A DNA stretch of 64,000 nucleotides from Chitinophagales bacterium (GTDB taxonomy: Bacteria; Bacteroidota; Bacteroidia; Chitinophagales; LD1), in the NCBI GenBank assembly GCA_035299425.1, contig DATGWP010000160.1, positions 4,929 to 68,928 on the forward strand, read 5' to 3'. The position numbers and the translations under genes are program-made. The notes under the pieces are model-generated. The model was not told the DNA's origin, made no database searches, and saw only the letters and a program-made list of their open reading frames with translations. Every line of letters begins with the position of its first letter. Position 1 is the first letter of the stretch. Shown here piece by piece: positions 19,501 through 28,318 of the stretch.

Positions 19501-21799
19501 ACTATTTAACAGCCCTAAAAAGAGAGAAACAGTAGTTACTCAGGTGGGCGGTGTAGTGCGCTGGACTACCGATGCTGCTTATTACGAGAAAGATAGTACT
19601 GTTTATTATTGGCGGATACAGCGAGATACAGCAAACGCCGGTTGGCACTACAGTTCTTTTATATACCTGCAGGGTGAATACCCCGGCTGGAACCAGTCGC
19701 ACCAGTATCAATACTTAAAGGATAGTTATCAGAATATGCGGTTAGATTCTACCGACCGTATATTCAAATTTCCATCGAATAGTAATAATATACATGTACG
19801 CACAGGTGTGGCCAATGCGGCTCATCCCAATGGCAATGTAGATTACAGTACCCTGGGCTGGGATTACAATAACTACAACGAATACAGATACCGCATGGGT
19901 GGTTGTGGTTATCTAAGCGGTGGCCTTACATTTGCAGTAATAGATCCCGTAACCGGTTTGCCATGGATAAGCCATAATTATAACCCCGATAATTATGGCG
20001 ACCATATGGAGAATGTACATTGCGCAGGCAAAGGTGACCAACCGGGTTTCGATTTTCCAACCACTGGCACCAACGGATTAACCGGAAAATCATGGTCTAC
20101 CGAAATTGATGAATTTATTGATACCATACCGGCCGGACACTATGTGCTTGTATACTCGGTAAATTTCCCGGCATACACCAGTTGGGATGCCACACTTGTA
20201 ACAGCCTTAGGTAAAATTGGTTTTGTAGCACAACCATTTACCAGCGGTGCGGTAGACGGGCATCTTGTGTACTTTACACAAAAGGGCAATCCTAACTACA
20301 ATAGCTTTCTAAGTACCAGCAATGGTGCATTTTCTATCATTGACACCTCCTTTAACTTTGCAGGAAGTTGGTTCCAGGGAAATTTCACCTCTCCAAAAAT
20401 TGGCCCCGCTGTAGAATGGCGCAGCGTACATTGGGAGCGGCAGGCACTAAACGGTGTAAACACCGATCAGGATTCGCTGGATATAATTGGTGTAAAAGCC
20501 GATGGCGAAGATACTTTGCTGTTAACCACGGGTACTGCTAATAATCTATTCTACAATGGCGGGCCTACTATTGATCCGGTGTTATTCCCTTATTTAAAAT
20601 TGCGCCTGCGTACGGTAGATGCCACCTTGTACACCCCTACCCAACTTTACTACTGGAGGGTGCTTTACAAAAAGCCACCAGAGGCAGCTATTAACCCCGC
20701 CGCAGTAGCTACGCTTAACTATACCCCTAACGTAATACAAGGGTCCAATTTCCACTTAGAAATTCCTCTGGAGAATGTTACGGAAGTACCTATGGATAGC
20801 ATGCTTACTAAGTATGTAATACGCGATGCTTTACTCAATAATATAAACTTTAACATCCGGTATGATTCGCTACCCGGCCTGCAAACCATGATGCTGGTGC
20901 TGGACCAGCCGGTAACAGCTAATAATTATTTGGGGCTTAACCGGGTAATTATAGAGGCAAACCCTGATAATGACCAAATAGAGCAATACCACTTTAACAA
21001 CATTGCTGAACTTAATTTTAATGTAACGGGTGATAAGATTAATCCGCTGCTTGACGTTACTTTTGATAACCAGCATATACTCAATGGTGATATTATTTCG
21101 GCCAAGCCAACTATTTTAATAACCCTGAAGGATGAAAACAAATACCTGGCCCTCAATAATTCGGACCTGATAGATGTATACATTAAATATCCGGGAGCGG
21201 CAGAGCCAACTAAAATGATATATGATGATGTTATCATGAAATTTTACCCGGCTGATTCTAACACCCTGGCTGTAAGCAACAAAGCACAGGTAGAACTTAA
21301 ACCTATATTTACCACAGATGGAACGTATGAGTTGCTTGTAAAAAACCGCGACCGCAGCGGCAATAACAGCGCTACTACCGATGCACGTTTTCAGGGCACA
21401 CCGGCTACTTTCTTCGATTATAAAATATCGTTTGAGGTAATTACCAAGGCCATGGTTACCAATGTGCTTAACTACCCTAACCCATTCACTACTTCTACCA
21501 AATTTGTGTTTACCATTACCGGCAGCGAGGTTCCCGATGTTTTCAAAATCCAGATAATGAATATAAAAGGCACGGTGGTTAAAGAAGTATTTAAAGAAGA
21601 GTTAGGCCCGCTGCATATAGGCAGAAACATTACTGAATATGCCTGGGATGGCCGCGACCAATACGGCGATTTACTAGCCAATGGTATCTATTTCTATCAT
21701 GTAGCTACAAGGCTGGAAGATAAAGAAATGGAAAAAATGAGCATGAGCTACGATAAATACTTCAAGAAAGGTTTTGGCAAAATGGCTATTATCAGATAA
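16592..21799 (+). CDS. giant gingipain (peptidase C25)-like / PorU-like protein with T9SS C-terminal sorting domain
   Basis: Signal peptide. C25-like block (FLIGKGREAP, PTFGYPGSDNLLA, FFGHSATG with His codon at 18566, LSNGCFSG with Cys codon at 18656). C-terminal NYPNPFTTSTKFVF...GIYFYHV CTD. Confidence 0.8.
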   Translation: MKKILLFFFLLAGIAGVQAQPTYGNEWVDATRPHYKFTSRFTAIHRISYNALLAHIPNLQLISKNSFVLFRNGKALPIYISGTGTTMTSNDYIEFYGIGNTGDIDSLFYRTADDQINPDISLFTDEAVYFLTTNNLPNNPRLTFASNNLTNHPPKDEYYMHREKVTYNTANRMYYPGKYYSVGQTETYKPIYDIGEGYTDKFFFGVPLSVTLSDIYTQGPNAIFRTNYTNNSYEQHNVRIRLNNNQVYPASGTQDAYGFKLNRVEVPVSTSVLVNGTNTFEYNDIGPATSSHKNVIGSVSLEYPRQFTFNTNGISIELDSSSSNKYIEINAFDNSSQLLLYDVTNGRIYRANEAAGVYPAKFNLEPSALKRQVVIRADNVGAVRAVTASDITPVNFTDFTNTNNQGEYYIVTHSSLLADDGTGNYWVEEYRKYRDRQENPATGKFTQARIVDIEQLYDQFGYGIRKSPLGLRNFINYMAKSTAISLKTKYIFLIGKGREAPSYRDTLFNPTGSDAYAKCLIPTFGYPGSDNLLAASRESDIPCVAIGRLAATNVAQVRDYLAKIKLYEEQQNSYVCAQPIAPKDWQKNVLHFSGGTTPSEQFIFKYYVDNYRKIVEDSLWGCTVTSFSKTSNNPIDVSLSQVIKDKINAGASWITFFGHSATGAFDFSIDEPENYNNSPKFPIILSNGCFSGFIHDAGEGYSERFVLGPDRGAIAFMATSSLSVSSGLNNFSDRLYKNISVNTYNQPLGDGVKKTLSDLFSQQNPAIDDYTAEIAYEMTLHGDPGLKPNQYPKPDFAIEPSSVFTTPVTVDAASDSFDINVVVTNLGKSFIRTIDAAIDTATRDTISVSLKRTIFDAGNNPVYYYYSKKMLAPFYKDTIKFTLPVTISTLGYGQNLFEPMVDAGFAVVEMAECNNTLTAPFTTYIQSDDVIPIYPYEFAIVPEKGVTLKASTVNPFAPLRAYRIQIDTSELFNSPKKRETVVTQVGGVVRWTTDAAYYEKDSTVYYWRIQRDTANAGWHYSSFIYLQGEYPGWNQSHQYQYLKDSYQNMRLDSTDRIFKFPSNSNNIHVRTGVANAAHPNGNVDYSTLGWDYNNYNEYRYRMGGCGYLSGGLTFAVIDPVTGLPWISHNYNPDNYGDHMENVHCAGKGDQPGFDFPTTGTNGLTGKSWSTEIDEFIDTIPAGHYVLVYSVNFPAYTSWDATLVTALGKIGFVAQPFTSGAVDGHLVYFTQKGNPNYNSFLSTSNGAFSIIDTSFNFAGSWFQGNFTSPKIGPAVEWRSVHWERQALNGVNTDQDSLDIIGVKADGEDTLLLTTGTANNLFYNGGPTIDPVLFPYLKLRLRTVDATLYTPTQLYYWRVLYKKPPEAAINPAAVATLNYTPNVIQGSNFHLEIPLENVTEVPMDSMLTKYVIRDALLNNINFNIRYDSLPGLQTMMLVLDQPVTANNYLGLNRVIIEANPDNDQIEQYHFNNIAELNFNVTGDKINPLLDVTFDNQHILNGDIISAKPTILITLKDENKYLALNNSDLIDVYIKYPGAAEPTKMIYDDVIMKFYPADSNTLAVSNKAQVELKPIFTTDGTYELLVKNRDRSGNNSATTDARFQGTPATFFDYKISFEVITKAMVTNVLNYPNPFTTSTKFVFTITGSEVPDVFKIQIMNIKGTVVKEVFKEELGPLHIGRNITEYAWDGRDQYGDLLANGIYFYHVATRLEDKEMEKMSMSYDKYFKKGFGKMAIIR

Positions 21800-21822
21800 A
21801 GCAATTTCAGCTAAAGCCTACT

Positions 21823-21863
21823 AAACAAAGCTCCTGAGTATCAACTCCGAGCTTTGTTTTTTT
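21823..21863 (+). terminator. intrinsic terminator
   Basis: AAACAAAGCTC...GAGCTTTGTTT stem followed by TTTTT. Confidence 0.6.
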
Positions 21864-22001
21864 AGTCCAGCCAAAGTTAGGCCGAAAAAAGTCAGGTGTG
21901 GCGGCCCTTACTCACAGTGATTTTTCATAGGAGTCTGCAACATCACTACCACTCGACCCGTTATTTACTTTTTAATATACGATAAGAGGCTATGCCCATA
22001 C

Positions 22002-22035
22002 AAAAAAGCCACTACTTGAGCAAGTAGTGGCTTTT
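22002..22035 (-). terminator. intrinsic terminator of rplQ (bidirectional shape)
   Basis: GCCACTACTT-GAGC-AAGTAGTGGC perfect 10-bp stem flanked by an A6 run and a T4 run. Confidence 0.75.
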
Positions 22036-22073
22036 GATGTGTATTAAATCCTTTTACAAGGATGTTTAGTAGC

Positions 22074-22619
22074 TTATTCTTCTGTAGCTGTATCGTCAGC
22101 AGCTTTCTTTTTCTTGGCAGCGGCTTTTTTCTTAGCTGGTGCTTTAGTAGCGCCTTCTTCGCCGGTTGCATCAGTTGCGGCAGCTTTCTTGGCAGAAGAA
22201 CGACGTGTCTTCTTCTTAGGCTCAGCAGCTACAGCTGTGTTCTTATTCTGCGTGTAAATTTCATTGAAGTCTACAAGTTCAATCATCGCCATTTCGGCAG
22301 CATCACCTGCACGGAAACCGGTTTTGATAACACGGGTATAACCACCCGGGCGGCTACCTACCTTAGGGCCTATTACATTGAAAAGCTCTGTTACAGCCAC
22401 TTTATCTTCCAGCGAGCTAAACACGATACGACGGTTGTGCGTAGTGTTGTCCTTGCTTTTAGAAATCATTGGCTCAATATAGCCTCTCAGCGCCTTGGCT
22501 TTAGCCAGAGTAGTGAAAATGCGCTTGTGTGTGATTAGGGCCACACCTAAGTTCATCATTAATGCATGACGGTGCGCTGTTTTTCTTCCCAGGTTATTTA
22601 CTTTATCTCCGTGTCTCAT
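22074..22619 (-). CDS. rplQ: 50S ribosomal protein L17 with Lys/Ala-rich C-terminal extension
   Basis: [24 protein letters not shown] core. About 60 aa of extra K/A/E tail. Confidence 0.95.
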   Translation of the reverse strand: MRHGDKVNNLGRKTAHRHALMMNLGVALITHKRIFTTLAKAKALRGYIEPMISKSKDNTTHNRRIVFSSLEDKVAVTELFNVIGPKVGSRPGGYTRVIKTGFRAGDAAEMAMIELVDFNEIYTQNKNTAVAAEPKKKTRRSSAKKAAATDATGEEGATKAPAKKKAAAKKKKAADDTATEE

Positions 22620-22671
22620 GACTTTCTTTTTATTCTAATTTTACTAATTACTATTTATTAATACCTGCAGC

Positions 22672-23664
22672 TTATTGCTCGTCAAGTTTAAATTTGGCAA
22701 GGTCCATACCGAAGCCTAATCCCTTTTCAATCAACAAAGCTTCTATTTCTACTAAAGACTTCTTACCGAAGTTGCGGAACTTCAACAGGTCGTTAGTGTT
22801 GAACTGTACCAATTCTTCAAGCGAGTTGATTTTAGCTGCTTTCAAGCAGTTGAAGGCGCGAACTGAAAGATCCAGATCTTCCAATGGGGTCTTCAATAAT
22901 TTGCGCATATGCAATACATGCTCGTCTACCATTTCGGTTTCAGTAGCTGCAGGGCTATCGAAGCTGATATGCTCGTCGGTAATCAGCATTAAGTGCTGAA
23001 TAAGAACACGAGAAGCTTCTTTAACTGCCTCTTCCGGATGAACTGTTCCATCGGTAGATACTTCAAGAACCAGTTTTTCGAAATCCACGCGCTGTTCTAC
23101 GCGGAAAGGCTCAACTGCATATTTTACATTCTTAATAGGCGTGTAGATAGCATCTACCGGAATAAACCCGATAGCGTGCTCTTTGCTATTCTCATCAGCC
23201 GGTACATAACCGCGGCCTTTGGTAATAGTAAGTTCAATTTCAAGGTTTACGCTGCTCTCCATGTTGCAGATAACCAAGTCCGGGTTCATTACCTGGTAAA
23301 CGTTGGTATGCTTTTCGATATGCTCGGCTTTGAAAGCTGTAGCATTCTTTAACGCGATATATATTTTCTCAGCAGCATTCTCATCATCCATTACTTTCTT
23401 CAAACGAACCTGCTTAAGGTTAAGTACGATTTCAGTTACATCTTCCAATACACCTTTGATAGTAGAAAACTCGTGGTCAACTCCGGTAATCTTGATACCG
23501 CTGATAGCATAACCTTCTAATGACGAAAGAAGAACTCTTCTTAAAGCATTACCAATAGTTACACCAAAGCCCGGCTCAAGAGGTTTGAATTCAAAAGTTC
23601 CTTCAAAATCGGTAGCTTTTTGTAAAGTGATTTTGTCGGGCTTTTGAAAGGTTAGTAGTGACAT
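22672..23664 (-). CDS. rpoA: DNA-directed RNA polymerase subunit alpha
   Basis: 330 aa with NTD ([11 protein letters not shown]) and CTD ([10 protein letters not shown]). Confidence 0.97.
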   Translation of the reverse strand: MSLLTFQKPDKITLQKATDFEGTFEFKPLEPGFGVTIGNALRRVLLSSLEGYAISGIKITGVDHEFSTIKGVLEDVTEIVLNLKQVRLKKVMDDENAAEKIYIALKNATAFKAEHIEKHTNVYQVMNPDLVICNMESSVNLEIELTITKGRGYVPADENSKEHAIGFIPVDAIYTPIKNVKYAVEPFRVEQRVDFEKLVLEVSTDGTVHPEEAVKEASRVLIQHLMLITDEHISFDSPAATETEMVDEHVLHMRKLLKTPLEDLDLSVRAFNCLKAAKINSLEELVQFNTNDLLKFRNFGKKSLVEIEALLIEKGLGFGMDLAKFKLDEQ

Positions 23665-23736
23665 AGTTTATTTTGGATTTTATTATTATTAATAGTCTTA
23701 CTTCAACAGCAATAGCCCGTTGCCAGGCTTTGCTTA

Positions 23737-24342
23737 TTACTTAGAATACAATTCCACAATCAACTGCTCGTTGATGTTTTCTGGTATCTGGTCTCTTTCC
23801 GGAAACTCAAGGAAAGTACCTTCGGCAGCTTTTTCATCCAGTATTAGCCAGTTGAATTTTTTGCCTCTTTTAGCAATAGCATCTTGTACTACAGTAAGGT
23901 TTTTAGAACGCTCACGCAATGCAACTTTATCGCCAGGTGTTAAAGTGTAAGATGGAATATTTACGATGTGGCCGTTAACCGATACGTGCTTGTGCGATAC
24001 CAGCTGGCGCGCCTGCTGACGTGAAGCAGCTAGACCAAGACGGTAGATAGTGTTATCCAATCTTGCCTCAAGCAATTTGAACATGTTATCGCCGGTTACA
24101 CCTTTCTTGCGAGAAGCTTTCTCAAAAAGGTTACGGAACTGGCGCTCCAGCAAGCCGTAGGTATACTTTGCCTTTTGCTTTTCAGCTAGCTGCACAGCAT
24201 ATTCCGAAGCAGTTTTTCTTTTCTTAGATTGTCCGTGTTGTCCCGGTGGGTAGCTTCTCTTATCGAAGTATTTATCTTCTCCGAAAATTGCTTCTCCGAA
24301 CTTGCGGGCGATCTTAGTCTTGGGTCCTGTATATCTTGCCAT
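23737..24342 (-). CDS. rpsD: 30S ribosomal protein S4
   Basis: [17 protein letters not shown]..., S4 domain. Confidence 0.97.
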   Translation of the reverse strand: MARYTGPKTKIARKFGEAIFGEDKYFDKRSYPPGQHGQSKKRKTASEYAVQLAEKQKAKYTYGLLERQFRNLFEKASRKKGVTGDNMFKLLEARLDNTIYRLGLAASRQQARQLVSHKHVSVNGHIVNIPSYTLTPGDKVALRERSKNLTVVQDAIAKRGKKFNWLILDEKAAEGTFLEFPERDQIPENINEQLIVELYSK

Positions 24343-24388
24343 TACTTATAATTGATAAACTGATTATTTGATTATTTCTTACTAAAAA

Positions 24389-24805
24389 CTACACTCTTCT
24401 CTTTTTAGGAGGACGACAACCGTTGTGAGGTATTGGTGTCATATCGTTTATAACAGTAACCTCGATACCACTTGTGAAGATGGTACGGATAGCAGACTCA
24501 CGGCCACCACCTGGTCCTTTTACAAATACTTCAACCTTGCGCAAACCTGCTTCGTGAGCAACTTTAGCTGCTTCTCCCGATGCTAACTGTGCAGCATATG
24601 GAGTGTTCTTTTTTGAACCACGGAAACCTACCTTACCGGCGCTGCTCCAGCTAATTGTTTGTCCCTGCATGTTAGTGAAGGTGATAATGATGTTGTTGAA
24701 AGTAGCGTTCAGGAAAGCTTTTCCTTCTGCATCTACCTTTACAATTCTTTTCTTAGCCTTTGCTTTTGCTACCGCCGAAGCTGATTGCTGTTGTTGTTTT
24801 GCCAT
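24389..24805 (-). CDS. rpsK: 30S ribosomal protein S11
   Basis: ..[27 protein letters not shown]. Confidence 0.97.
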   Translation of the reverse strand: MAKQQQQSASAVAKAKAKKRIVKVDAEGKAFLNATFNNIIITFTNMQGQTISWSSAGKVGFRGSKKNTPYAAQLASGEAAKVAHEAGLRKVEVFVKGPGGGRESAIRTIFTSGIEVTVINDMTPIPHNGCRPPKKRRV

Positions 24806-24846
24806 TGTGACTTTATGTATTTGTCTTTATACTATTTACTTAACTA

Positions 24847-25224
24847 CTATTTAGTTACCATTTTCTTATTGGCAACGGTCTTTCTCTTACCCTTACGCGT
24901 TCTTGCGTTAGTCTTTGTACGTTGACCACGAAGAGGTAAGCCCTTACGGTGGCGGATACCACGGTAACAACCAATATCCTGCAGACGTTTAATATTCTGC
25001 TGAACTTCTCCTCTCAATTCACCTTCCACTTTCAGGTTATCAGCCATAAAGCGCAAAATACCGTTAACATCCACATCGGTCCAGTCTTTCACCTTTACGT
25101 TAGGATCTATATTGGCTGATGCAAGGATTTTGCCGGCTGTTGTTCTGCCAATGCCATAAATGTAAGTAAGCGCTATTAAGCCTCTTTTGTTTTTGGGAAG
25201 GTCCACACCTGAAATACGTGCCAT
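24847..25224 (-). CDS. rpsM: 30S ribosomal protein S13
   Basis: [26 protein letters not shown]. Confidence 0.97.
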   Translation of the reverse strand: MARISGVDLPKNKRGLIALTYIYGIGRTTAGKILASANIDPNVKVKDWTDVDVNGILRFMADNLKVEGELRGEVQQNIKRLQDIGCYRGIRHRKGLPLRGQRTKTNARTRKGKRKTVANKKMVTK

Positions 25225-25255
25225 TCTTTATTGATTGGTTTATTGATTTTTAGAA

Positions 25256-25372
25256 TTAACCCTGACGTTGTTTGAACTTAGGATTCTTTTTGTTGATGAT
25301 GTAAACCACCCCATTGCGTCTTACAATTTTGCAATCCACGCTTCTTTTCTTTACTGATGCTCTTACTTTCAT
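25256..25372 (-). CDS. rpmJ: 50S ribosomal protein L36
   Basis: Not in the ORF track. Manual translation gives [38 protein letters not shown]. Confidence 0.92.
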   Translation of the reverse strand: MKVRASVKKRSVDCKIVRRNGVVYIINKKNPKFKQRQG

Positions 25373-25414
25373 AACCGGGTTTTATTTGCTGTTTATATTC
25401 TTATCTTATACTAA

Positions 25415-25633
25415 CTACTTGTATCTGAATGTTATTCTTCCCTTGTTCAGGTCATAAGGGCTCATTTCTAACTGCACCTTATCACCAGGCAAAATCTTAA
25501 TATAGTTCATCCGCATTTTTCCCGAAATGTGAGCAATTAACTCGTGTCCGTTCTCTAACTTCACTCTGAACATAGCGTTGCTTAGCGCTTCTGTTATTGT
25601 TCCGTCTTGCTTGATTAGGTCTTGTTTTGCCAT
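25415..25633 (-). CDS. infA: translation initiation factor IF-1
   Basis: 72 aa, S1-like fold sequence [31 protein letters not shown]. Confidence 0.97.
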   Translation of the reverse strand: MAKQDLIKQDGTITEALSNAMFRVKLENGHELIAHISGKMRMNYIKILPGDKVQLEMSPYDLNKGRITFRYK

Positions 25634-25667
25634 TCAGTTTTTTGAAAAATACCCACTACCCCCTTAA

Positions 25668-25708
25668 AAAGGGAACGCAAAAGTAGAATTTCCTTACACG
25701 TTTCCAAA
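25668..25708 (-). promoter_or_regulatory. Bacteroidota-type promoter of infA operon
   Basis: The minus strand reads TTTG-19 nt-TACTTTTG-CGTTCCC. The -7 box lies at 25678-25685. Confidence 0.55.
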
Positions 25709-26160
25709 TATTTCTGTGGGAAAAAAGTATAAGTGTATATTGGATAGTATAGAGTGCCTATTTTATGGCAAAGATGGTTGTTTTTGCTTAAAAATGCCCC
25801 TTTTTTGATTAAATGCTTTTTACCTGCTAAGGTTGGTTTTGAATAGCTTACATATATATAGTATCCAAAGCGAACCAATTGTACGAAACAGCTGCTAAAC
25901 AGCTACCAAGGAATATGAGGGTGTCCCTAAAATGCAGATTTTGAAAAAGTGTCCCCTATTGATGTTTGTAACAATTTGATTTTTAGGTAATTATGGCTTA
26001 ATGGTGTCCCTGGGGTGAATTTTAAGGGTGCCAGCTGTGAGGTTTTCCCAGTTTTAGATGTTTTTTATAATAAAGCCGGTGATCACCCTTTCAGTATTTA
26101 TAGACTTAGTATTTGTAATTGATTTTAATTGTACTTGTCAAAAAATTCTATTTTAGCCCC

Positions 26161-26214
26161 ATGCTAGTTCAAACTATCGCTTGTTGCTGTTGTTGCTCTC
26201 CCGCAGGGGAATGA
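26161..26214 (+). CDS. putative cysteine leader peptide MLVQTIACCCCCSPAGE
   Basis: ATG at 26161, five consecutive Cys codons TGT TGC TGT TGT TGC at 26182-26196, TGA at 26212-26214. A terminator hairpin and then cysE follow. Confidence 0.5.
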   Translation: MLVQTIACCCCCSPAGE

Positions 26215-26260
26215 ATAGCGCTTTTGATGCTTTGAGCCATTATTGCACAAAAATATTCGT

Positions 26261-26296
26261 AACCCTTCGCTTAAAACCGAGGGGTTTTTTATTTAT
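26261..26296 (+). terminator. attenuator-type intrinsic terminator upstream of cysE
   Basis: AACCCTTCG-CTTAAAAC-CGAGGGGTT (9 bp including one G-U pair) followed by TTTTTTATTTATT. It ends about 20 nt before the cysE ATG. Confidence 0.7.
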
Positions 26297-26314
26297 TAAA
26301 ACCTAAACCTGTAT

Positions 26315-27130
26315 ATGAGAATTGAGCCTTCGCCCAAGATTGATTTTAGCAAACTGCCCAGCAGGGCGGTTATCTATAAATTTACCGATGAGATAATAGA
26401 CTTGCTGTTTCCTATCGAGTCTACGTTTACCTACCATTACGAGGTGGCCGATGAAAAAGAAGAGCGCCTGCACCGCACGCTCAATGAAATTTTGCAGCCT
26501 ATAAGCAGCCGTTACCAATTGGATGCTGCCAGCATAGTGCAGCGGTTTTTTGATAGCCTGCCGGCGGTGTATAATAAACTAATACAGGATGCAGAGTTTT
26601 TTTTAAAAAGCGACCCGGCCGCTGAGAGTATAGAAGAAGTAATTATTGCCTACCCGGGTTTTTATGCCATTACGGTTTACAGGCTGGCACACGAGCTTAG
26701 CAAGCTAAGGGTGCCTATAGTGCCGCGTGTTATTACCGAATATGCGCATAATAAAACGGGTATAGATATACACCCCGGCGCCAGTATTGGCAGCCCGTTT
26801 TTTATTGACCATGGCACGGGTGTGGTAGTGGGCGAAACCACTATAATAGGCAACCATGTAAGAATCTACCAGGGTGTAACACTGGGGGCACTTGCGGTGC
26901 GCAAAGAAAGTGAAGGGGTGAAGCGCCACCCTACTATAGAGGATGATGTAATTATATATGCTGGTAGCTGTATACTGGGCGGCGATACCAAAGTGGGCCG
27001 CAGCAGCGTAATAGGCGGCAATGTGTGGCTGGTGAATAGTGTACCCCCGCTTTCGGTGGTGTACCACCGCAGCGATGTGGTAATACGCGACAAATCGGAG
27101 ATGACTACAGTAGTAGATTTTGTTATTTAA
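26315..27130 (+). CDS. cysE: serine O-acetyltransferase
   Basis: Left-handed beta-helix hexapeptide repeats (GIDIHPGASIGSPFFIDHGTGVVVGETTIIGNHVRIYQGVTLG) and an N-terminal SAT-type helical domain. Confidence 0.88.
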   Translation: MRIEPSPKIDFSKLPSRAVIYKFTDEIIDLLFPIESTFTYHYEVADEKEERLHRTLNEILQPISSRYQLDAASIVQRFFDSLPAVYNKLIQDAEFFLKSDPAAESIEEVIIAYPGFYAITVYRLAHELSKLRVPIVPRVITEYAHNKTGIDIHPGASIGSPFFIDHGTGVVVGETTIIGNHVRIYQGVTLGALAVRKESEGVKRHPTIEDDVIIYAGSCILGGDTKVGRSSVIGGNVWLVNSVPPLSVVYHRSDVVIRDKSEMTTVVDFVI

Positions 27131-27207
27131 AGAAAATGTAAACTAATTTTAAACCGGCAGATGAGTTGTTTAATTACTTTTCGGCCACTAAACACAAACC
27201 ATATAAA

Positions 27208-28122
27208 ATGAAAGCGAACAGTATTTTAGAAACCATTGGTAACACCCCGCACCTGCGTATCAACAAATTATTTGGCAACCACGAAGTTTGGATAAAACTG
27301 GAGAGGCAGAATCCGGGTGGTAGTATTAAAGACCGCATTGCCTTATCAATGATAGAGGATGCTGAAAAGAAAGGCTTGCTAAAGCCCGGTAGTGTAATTA
27401 TAGAGCCTACATCGGGCAATACCGGTATAGGCCTGGCTATAGTGGCCGCTGTAAAGGGCTACCAACTTGTATTGGTAATGCCGGAGAGCATGAGTGTAGA
27501 AAGAAGAAGATTGATGAAGGCTTATGGTGCTACATTTGAGCTTACCCCCCGCGAAAAGGGAATGAAGGGTGCTATTGAAAAGGCAAAGGAACTGGCCGAT
27601 GCCACGCCTAACTCGTGGATACCATCGCAGTTTGATAACCCGGCTAATATAGATGTGCATGTGCGCACAACAGCCGAGGAGATTTTGAAAGACTTTCCCG
27701 AAGGGATAGATTACCTGATAACCGGCGTAGGTACCGGAGGCCACATTACAGGCCTGGCCAAAGTACTAAAGGCAAAGTTTCCTCAGCTTAAAGTGTTTGC
27801 GGTAGAGCCTGCTGCATCGCCGGTAATAAGCGGTGGACAACCTGCACCGCACCCTATACAGGGTATAGGTGCTGGGTTTATACCCGGCAACCTGGATACC
27901 AGCCTGCTAGATGGTGTAATACAAATTACTAAAGAAGAGGCATTTGACTATGCACAGCGCGCTGCTAAGGAAGAGGCGCTGTTTGGTGGTGTATCATCGG
28001 GTGCTACATTGGCGGCCATTGCCAAAAAGCTTACGGAGGTACCTGCAGGAAAAAGAGTATTGGGCTTTAATTACGACACTGGCGAGCGTTATCTTTCTAT
28101 AGAAGGCTTGTTTGAACTATAA
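27208..28122 (+). CDS. cysK: cysteine synthase A (O-acetylserine sulfhydrylase)
   Basis: [12 protein letters not shown]-Lys context [28 protein letters not shown] at 27208 is preferred. Confidence 0.95.
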   Translation: MKANSILETIGNTPHLRINKLFGNHEVWIKLERQNPGGSIKDRIALSMIEDAEKKGLLKPGSVIIEPTSGNTGIGLAIVAAVKGYQLVLVMPESMSVERRRLMKAYGATFELTPREKGMKGAIEKAKELADATPNSWIPSQFDNPANIDVHVRTTAEEILKDFPEGIDYLITGVGTGGHITGLAKVLKAKFPQLKVFAVEPAASPVISGGQPAPHPIQGIGAGFIPGNLDTSLLDGVIQITKEEAFDYAQRAAKEEALFGGVSSGATLAAIAKKLTEVPAGKRVLGFNYDTGERYLSIEGLFEL

Positions 28123-28162
28123 GCAGAGAATAGTTAATAGTAAACAGGCAATAGATAAACAC

Positions 28163-28196
28163 AAACGCCATCCAATTAGGGTGGCGTTTATGTTTT
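28163..28196 (+). terminator. intrinsic terminator of cysE-cysK
   Basis: AAACGCCATCC-AATTA-GGGTGGCGTTT followed by ATGTTTT. Confidence 0.75.
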
Positions 28197-28230
28197 AGGA
28201 GATGCCGGCATTGTATTTCTGGTTCTTCAG

Positions 28231-28251
28231 GAGACGCCAGCATGGCGTCTC
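28231..28251. repeat. REP-like palindromic hairpin GAGACGCCA-GCA-TGGCGTCTC
   Basis: Perfect 9-bp stem. It is the same element as 5089-5107. Confidence 0.5.
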
Positions 28252-28318
28252 TACGTTATGGCAAATAGAGGTTATGTCCTCTCTTGCTTTTTTTTACTTT
28301 CGGAGTACCAATCCATCC

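Noticed and set aside
25615-25878. An 87-aa minus-strand ORF upstream of, and overlapping, the infA start.
   Set aside because: It overlaps the infA start and promoter, has odd composition (YIYVSYSKP..) and has no start context. It is probably non-coding.
28202-28318. The N-terminal 39-codon extension of the K+ channel ORF.
   Set aside because: It runs through the REP-like palindrome and has no channel-like sequence. The ATG at 28319 starts directly at the first TM helix.
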